Of a stretch of DNA of 64,000 bases, positions 58,601 through 64,000 are shown in pieces. Position numbers and translations under genes: made by a program. Every line of letters begins with the position of its first letter. Position 1 is the stretch's first letter. This DNA comes from Bispira polyomma. Its lineage: Eukaryota. The stretch covers positions 88,536,001 through 88,600,000 of the forward strand of contig OZ287749.1 in assembly GCA_965649765.1 (NCBI GenBank), given 5' to 3'. The notes under the pieces were generated by a model. It was not told where the DNA came from. It ran no database searches and worked only from the letters and a program-made list of their open reading frames with translations.

Positions 58601-61600
58601 GGGGAAAGTAAAATTGACGTTACCAAAAAATTTGGAGTATTATTTACTTTAGGTAATAAATGCTGTCTTTTGTTTATTTTAAATATTAGGGGCCGAGTTT
58701 CACCAATACCTTCATATGATAGAGGTCTCTTCAAATATGGGACCAGCAATTAAAACAATAAATACCAGTCAAATCTGTTTGGCTGTTTGCCAACTTGCAT
58801 CTTCCAAACTTTAAAATACAATACCCAGAAAAGAATTTCTATTTTATAAGTATGTAATATAGGTAACTCCCGTTGTTCAGATTCAGTTTAATATTGAACA
58901 TCTATTAATAGACTACCTCTTCATTATGACCCGACTGACTGTGGCCATTATCAATTACATATTTTAAATAAGAGAATTTTACAAAGGACAAGATAAATGT
59001 TAGTACATGCGTATAATGATGTCTTCATGTAATGCAATACCATGATATCATCGATAAAGGAGCATATTTAGGTGTCATGATTATAGGTATAAAATCGTGA
59101 TATCATAAAAAAATCATTAAAATAGTGATTAGTGATGATGTTCACTAAATTTATGGGCCATGAAGAATCTACCTTAATTAAAGGAAACAATTGTGCAAGT
59201 AGTGCCAGAACATGTTAGTATTTCCTAAACTATACCATAAGGGTTGACCAATATTCTGAAAATTCAAATAAGCATAGACAATTTCTGGAAAAGAATTTTA
59301 TGTCAATATTTTATATTGTGATATTATCATAAAAAATCTGGTGCTACTGTGATGCCATTTTTGGTTGGTGATGACATCACGATACATGTACATATATGTC
59401 ACAGACACTGTATATTGCCGATTCCCCAAGTGAGAACTCCATTAGTCGTCACTCAAATCTATGTTTTAGGGTCATTATTAGTTAGCACTGGGGGAATCAG
59501 CAATTCCCCTGACATTTGTCTAAATACAATTTGACTAATTAATTAAGCTTAAAGACCGCCAGTGATGATCGGAATTCCCACTAGAACCAAATGATATTAC
59601 CACCCTAGTAACATGAATATGGAGTTAAGGTTCCTAAAACTGTTTTAACTGCACTACAAACTACACTCCTGGATGTAATCGTCACCAGCATATGTTTATT
59701 GAACTTGTTAACCTGTTACCTATAGTTTGACTAGAAATCTTTGAGTGAACAAATCACTTTGACCAAAAGTGAGGGTGTTAAGATTTAGGTTTTCAATAAA
59801 TTAAACATGGTTACTATGAAACAATATCCCCAGGTAGTAGTCTTACATATGACCGTTTATCTAAATTACACTACTCATACTTTGAAATAATATCCCCAAG
59901 GAAATAATTCATGAGACACTCTTTAAATAGACAATATAGCCCATGGCTTTAATATGTGTGAGAAAATGCATAAATAATACTAAACCAACGATTACATATA
60001 TTTTTCGTAATCAAACTAAAACAAGACTTTTAAAATAATGAAAAACCTTATTAATAAATTATAAAAACTGCAATCTTTTTGTTGGATAAATTATATTTTT
60101 TTTTAATAATGTCATATTTCTATAAAATTACTTTTAACAGTTTGAAAGTATAAAAAGAATCTTGTGGACTTAAGCTACATCTAAAATCTTTAAATTCTTC
60201 TTTCCTATTCCCTTTCAATGTCATAATACTTTAAAATAAACAACATAACTAGTTGTTGCCATTGACTTACCAATATAAAGGGTAAAAAAATCATGTTTAC
60301 TAAATAATAAATATGTACTTTGACAAATGCTCCAGTTAACAATAACACAATTTTTAGCTCCAGTAAACATATTCACAATTAACGTACAAATGGATTAATG
60401 TGAGATTTCTGGTCAACAAGTACATCAAATATAACAAGACTACCATAGAACTTTATAGTTCATTACAACATTGGTATGACAAAAGTTAACTTTGAAGTCA
60501 AACTATGGAGAAAAAAAAAAGAGTTTAAAAGCTTCAGTAAGGTACTTCATCCGCCCACTAGTGACCTTAAAGCTCTAGGCTCAAGGTCACATTTTCTATT
60601 TCTTTATACAGGATATATAGTTCTATCACTATAAGAAATTTCAAGACGATCTGCATCATAATGTGTGAATTTTGACCAAATTATTTTTGGTTTTTAACGA
60701 AAATCTCGAGGCCTCGGTGGTGTAGTGGTTACACACTCCCTTCCCACCTATGTCAACAAAGGTTTGAATCTCGGCCCGGCATGTTTGTGGTAGAGATGGT
60801 TATAGACTTGCCGAAGGCCAGTGGTTTGCAGAGCAAAAAATCATGACAACTACCATGTTCTGATTTGCTCAACAACTAAACTGCCCATTGTGATATGGCG
60901 CAACTTGCAAGAGATGTTGAATATGATGTTTAACATCAATTAATCTTACATAATCTAAATGAGAAGCAGAATACACCCACACACCAAATTATTTTTGATT
61001 CAGAGTGAGGATGTCCTTAAAGTCTGTTTTTGCGGTGGCACACGACACCGCTAAAAACAAAGTATCCCACAACATTCGTCTGTGGATACAATTATACAGT
61101 AACAATGTACATCTGTGTAATTTATGAATATTTGTTTTATAATTTTTGAAATACAAACAATGTAAAAAAAATTCTATTTTAAATGATTAATACAAACCGA
61201 ATTTAAAACGATTTTTAAACTATAAAAGCAAAAGAAATAGATTTTATATAATATTACCCTAACAGGCGGATTCTAATTTATTTAAACCTTGAAAATACAG
61301 TTCCTTTAAATTAGCCAAGAGTACTAATACACACACTGCTGGTCTCATTACATGGGAGAGAATTCCTGTACAGACAAGTCAACCAACTTATTTGTTGTTT
61401 TTAATTACATTCCCAGCCATGGTAAGAGAAACTAAATAAACATGTTCCAGTATATTTAGTAGACTGAGGCCTAATGTATACTACTGACAAATTAATTAGG
61501 AGTGTAATGAACTTTTAGAATGTAGCAGGTATTGAATGACATTCTGCAGAGTACAAAGGCATACTTTATTCTGAAATATCTGTAACTCTATTCATATTCA

Positions 61601-63479
61601 AGTAAATAATAACACAAAGTCAACCCTTGTAGTTTTTATAAGGATATACTTTGAACATCAAAGTTATAAACTGAATGTTCCTGACTAGCTGACTATATTA
61701 CCGGTAAACAACAACAGATGTAAATTTTTTTTTTGATCAATCAATATTTTTAACACAAAATGAGCACATAATATTGGTTAATGTACAAATACATTACATA
61801 CATATTATTTAATTTTTAATGACAGTAGTTTTCTATACATTTTAGTTGTGTACAATGAAGCATAGTTCATATTCAATGTTGTTATAGATACACAGGTGAT
61901 TAACTTAAAGAAATTTCTAGGACATAAACAGCCAAATTACATATTGATGAGTAAATAATAATTTACCCTAATTTTACCTTACCAATAGTAGAGATTTGAA
62001 CTTTTATTGAACACGGCATTACAACCTGTAACGGCTTTAATGAAGGGTGTTTTTATTAACTCTGGCATTTTCTAAGGCTTTTAATTAAACACAAGCCCGT
62101 AATTTAACTTGAGTGGCCTTCATCAGACTAAGCAAAGTACCTGATATTAACCACACTATTAATCAAGTGTGCAAGGTTACTCAGTTCTTGTCAATCTTTT
62201 ACGGAATACAGTAAAACCTCTATTACCCGAACATGTTGGGAGAGGCACAATATGTTCAGATCCCAGCAGTTTCATAACATAGAAATGTATTGTATTGTAT
62301 TTTGCATTTTAACACGCCTTATTAATGCGAGGCATCTTCTAAAGCGCCACAACAGAATCAATTAACTAATTGAGGAGTCCAAAAAAGATAGCCAGGTCAT
62401 AAAGAAGGATGTGGGAGTGTAGGTTTTAAGTTTTTTCCTAATCCCAGAAAGTGTTTCCGGTGTTCTAAGCTCAACTGGGCGACTATTCCATATCATAGGG
62501 ACAGAAATTGAAAAAGCTCTAGATCCAGTGTTTTTGGTGGGTTATACAGAGGAAACAGAAAATTTTGTTTCCTCTCTTAAAATTACTGACGGAAAGACCA
62601 GTAAGAAGGTAGGAGGGCTGTTGAGAGACAACAGCTGTGCAAGTGGTCACATGGACTCCGAAAAAAACTGTACAGACTGACAGGCGAAATATGACTCTAC
62701 ATAGACAGTTTTGAATGCACTTAGGTCAAAAACAATAGGAAAAGCTACATTTGGATACATACAGTTTATTAAATTAAAATCTGGTTTGTGTACCAGCAAA
62801 TGTTTATGTCACGGAAAGGAGGGGGCCATGTAAATTAAAACCAAGGGGGGACATTTAAAAGTCTCATTAAGACCTTAAATTATGCTAATATACCAAATTA
62901 TGCTGCACAAGTTCCACAAGGAGAAACAAATATAGTCAAGTATTTCTATTATTTTAATGGTGTGCATTTGAATTCCCTGAAGTCGAACCTCAAATGACCA
63001 GGAAAAAAGCCTTATCTAGCTTAAGCAGAATTCCTACTTAACAGGGTGTATATCAAAAGAAAAGGACTACACAGAAATTGATTTAACAGAGTTCTACTTG
63101 AAGGGGTGGGTTGTATAGGGGCTGTATTCTTGTTTTCTTGGGTAATTTGAAATTCTAAACTTTAGTCACCCCTGAAACATGTGTATATCTATATAATGTT
63201 GCAACCACTGCAATACACATATTGGTATTTTGCTACTTTCACAATACATCACTGGTAGGGTGGCCAATTGACTCAAATAGCTACCAAGAAGGTTTTACCA
63301 TGCTTCATCAATTAACAAGTGTTGTCAAGAGGTGTAGAAAGTAATTATACCTACCAGTAATCACGCCCTGGTCAATGAGTAGGAGGGAAGTGACAAGTAA
63401 CACATCCAGTAGCACCAGTGTTAGAACAATGACGTGTACAACCACACTATTGAGTAGACGGTCTAACCTCTCTCTGAAC
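40658..63479 (-). CDS. Hv1-like voltage-gated proton channel family protein with long C-terminal tail (5' exons outside window). Exons: 63479-63355, 58522-58374, 56955-56902, 55239-55101, 53395-53280, 52500-52410, 51399-51271, 43185-42559, 41935-41811, 40684-40658
   Basis: All junctions are GT-AG and phase-consistent. S1 LVLLDVLLV retains the selectivity Asp, S3 is VFDSIIV, and S4 LRLWRFKR matches the RxWRxxR Hv signature. A coiled coil follows and the protein ends DGIPMTDL*. Confidence 0.88.
45220..45323. repeat. DIRS internal complementary region (ICR)
   Basis: The first half is the reverse complement of 44951-45009 and the second half is the reverse complement of ~50755-50797. Confidence 0.9.
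46050..47110 (-). pseudogene. DIRS tyrosine recombinase
   Basis: LASGKRRGEI, AHDLRSMA and WKSHNTFTNFY motifs; premature TGA at 46890-46892. Confidence 0.92.
46964..49005 (-). pseudogene. DIRS pol: reverse transcriptase, RNase H and Dam-like methyltransferase
   Basis: WRPVIDL, IDLTDAYFHIPI, YIDDWL, FTDASNTGWG, HINLLEL, DNS and VDLFAT...YAFCP in one frame, with premature stops at 48899, 47675 and 47255. Confidence 0.93.
49002..50503 (-). pseudogene. DIRS gag-like ORF (Cys/His-rich N-terminus), frameshifted
   Basis: H..C..C...C..C..C N-terminus and LARRD motif, upstream of pol; frameshift near 50100. Confidence 0.75.
51451..51682. mobile_element. MITE with TIRs made of 16-bp GTCACAATACCG repeats
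   Basis: ACACGGG..GTCACAATACCG x2 on the left; CGGTATTGTGAC x3 ..CCCGTGT on the right. Confidence 0.8.
52467..52806. repeat. Tandem array (5 units, 70-77 bp) derived from a splice acceptor and exon start
   Basis: GAGACCT.CTCCCT.A.AATACT...CT.ATTCT.AA.TAACACCA at 52469, 52546, 52616, 52686 and 52763. Confidence 0.92.
54072..55150. repeat. Tandem array (~10 units, 117 bp) derived from the S4-encoding exon end and its donor site
   Basis: AGTGCCATA at 54301, 54418, 54535, 54652, 54769 and 54886, with diverged units at 54082, 54183 and 55001 and the true exon copy at 55119. Confidence 0.95.
60711..60945 (+). mobile_element. tRNA-derived SINE-like copy
   Basis: A-box-like TGGTGTAGTGG and B-box-like GGTTTGAATC; similar to the 22722 copy. 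Confidence 0.6.
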
Positions 63480-64000
63480 CTGGGAAATGAAGAAAGAAAC
63501 ACAACTCACCATTAGAATAATTACATCAGACACCCTATTAATGATTCAATTTTAACTCACTATTAGAATCATGACATTATACACCTAATTTAATGGATGG
63601 AATTTTATCTCCAAAAATGCATAGATTAAATTCTAACTCAAAAAACAGTTACAGTGAAGTCATTAAAGATAGTGCAGACCAGAACCTCTATGTTATGAAC
63701 ATGTTTGGAGAGCAAGGTTTTAGGCAAGATTCTCCAAATATTTAAAATATTGAAATGTCTCAACACAAAACAGTACGAAAATATCAATTTTGTACAGTAT
63801 AATTGACTTAATCATATCAAATAGTACTGTATTTGTATAAGTAATACAGGTTCTAGTGTATTAAGCGTTTAAGACCTGTATTGTGGTTAATGTTTTTTTA
63901 GGCCAGTCTTTCTGAGAATATGGCAAAGATTTGTGACAAGTAAAAGCACAATATTAAATCAATATCTGATGTCCACAAAACTGAGTTACATGATCCACTT

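Noticed and set aside
60711-60790. tRNA gene
   Set aside because: No cloverleaf; it is the tRNA-derived head of a SINE.

Overview
AT-rich metazoan (invertebrate, probably molluscan; inferred) genomic window. Positions 1-13328 hold the right-hand ~13 kb of a Polinton/Maverick (adintovirus-like) element. It carries a disrupted protein-primed PolB with N-terminal C2H2 zinc fingers, an internal Vsr-like nuclease and a C-terminal NADAR-like domain. On the opposite strand is a tightly overlapping cassette: PC4-like protein, conserved small protein, chromodomain integrase, minor capsid, basic core, major capsid and adenain protease. The element ends in ACTACT inside a decayed L1/Tx1 LINE. The host region contains a multi-exon gene, missed by the ORF track, for a precursor of a furin-released, 36-aa, 8-Cys, strongly cationic peptide (23637-25338), an iduronate-2-sulfatase-like pseudogene (30669-32460), and a minus-strand Hv1-like proton-channel gene (at least 10 exons, 40658-63479, 5' end outside the window). 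That gene's introns host a structurally complete but stop-disrupted DIRS1 retrotransposon (44951-50797) and two tandem arrays built from its own exon boundaries. The rest is LINE, SINE and MITE debris plus one 200-N gap. Strongest leads: the PolB-NADAR fusion and the new Cys-rich cationic peptide.
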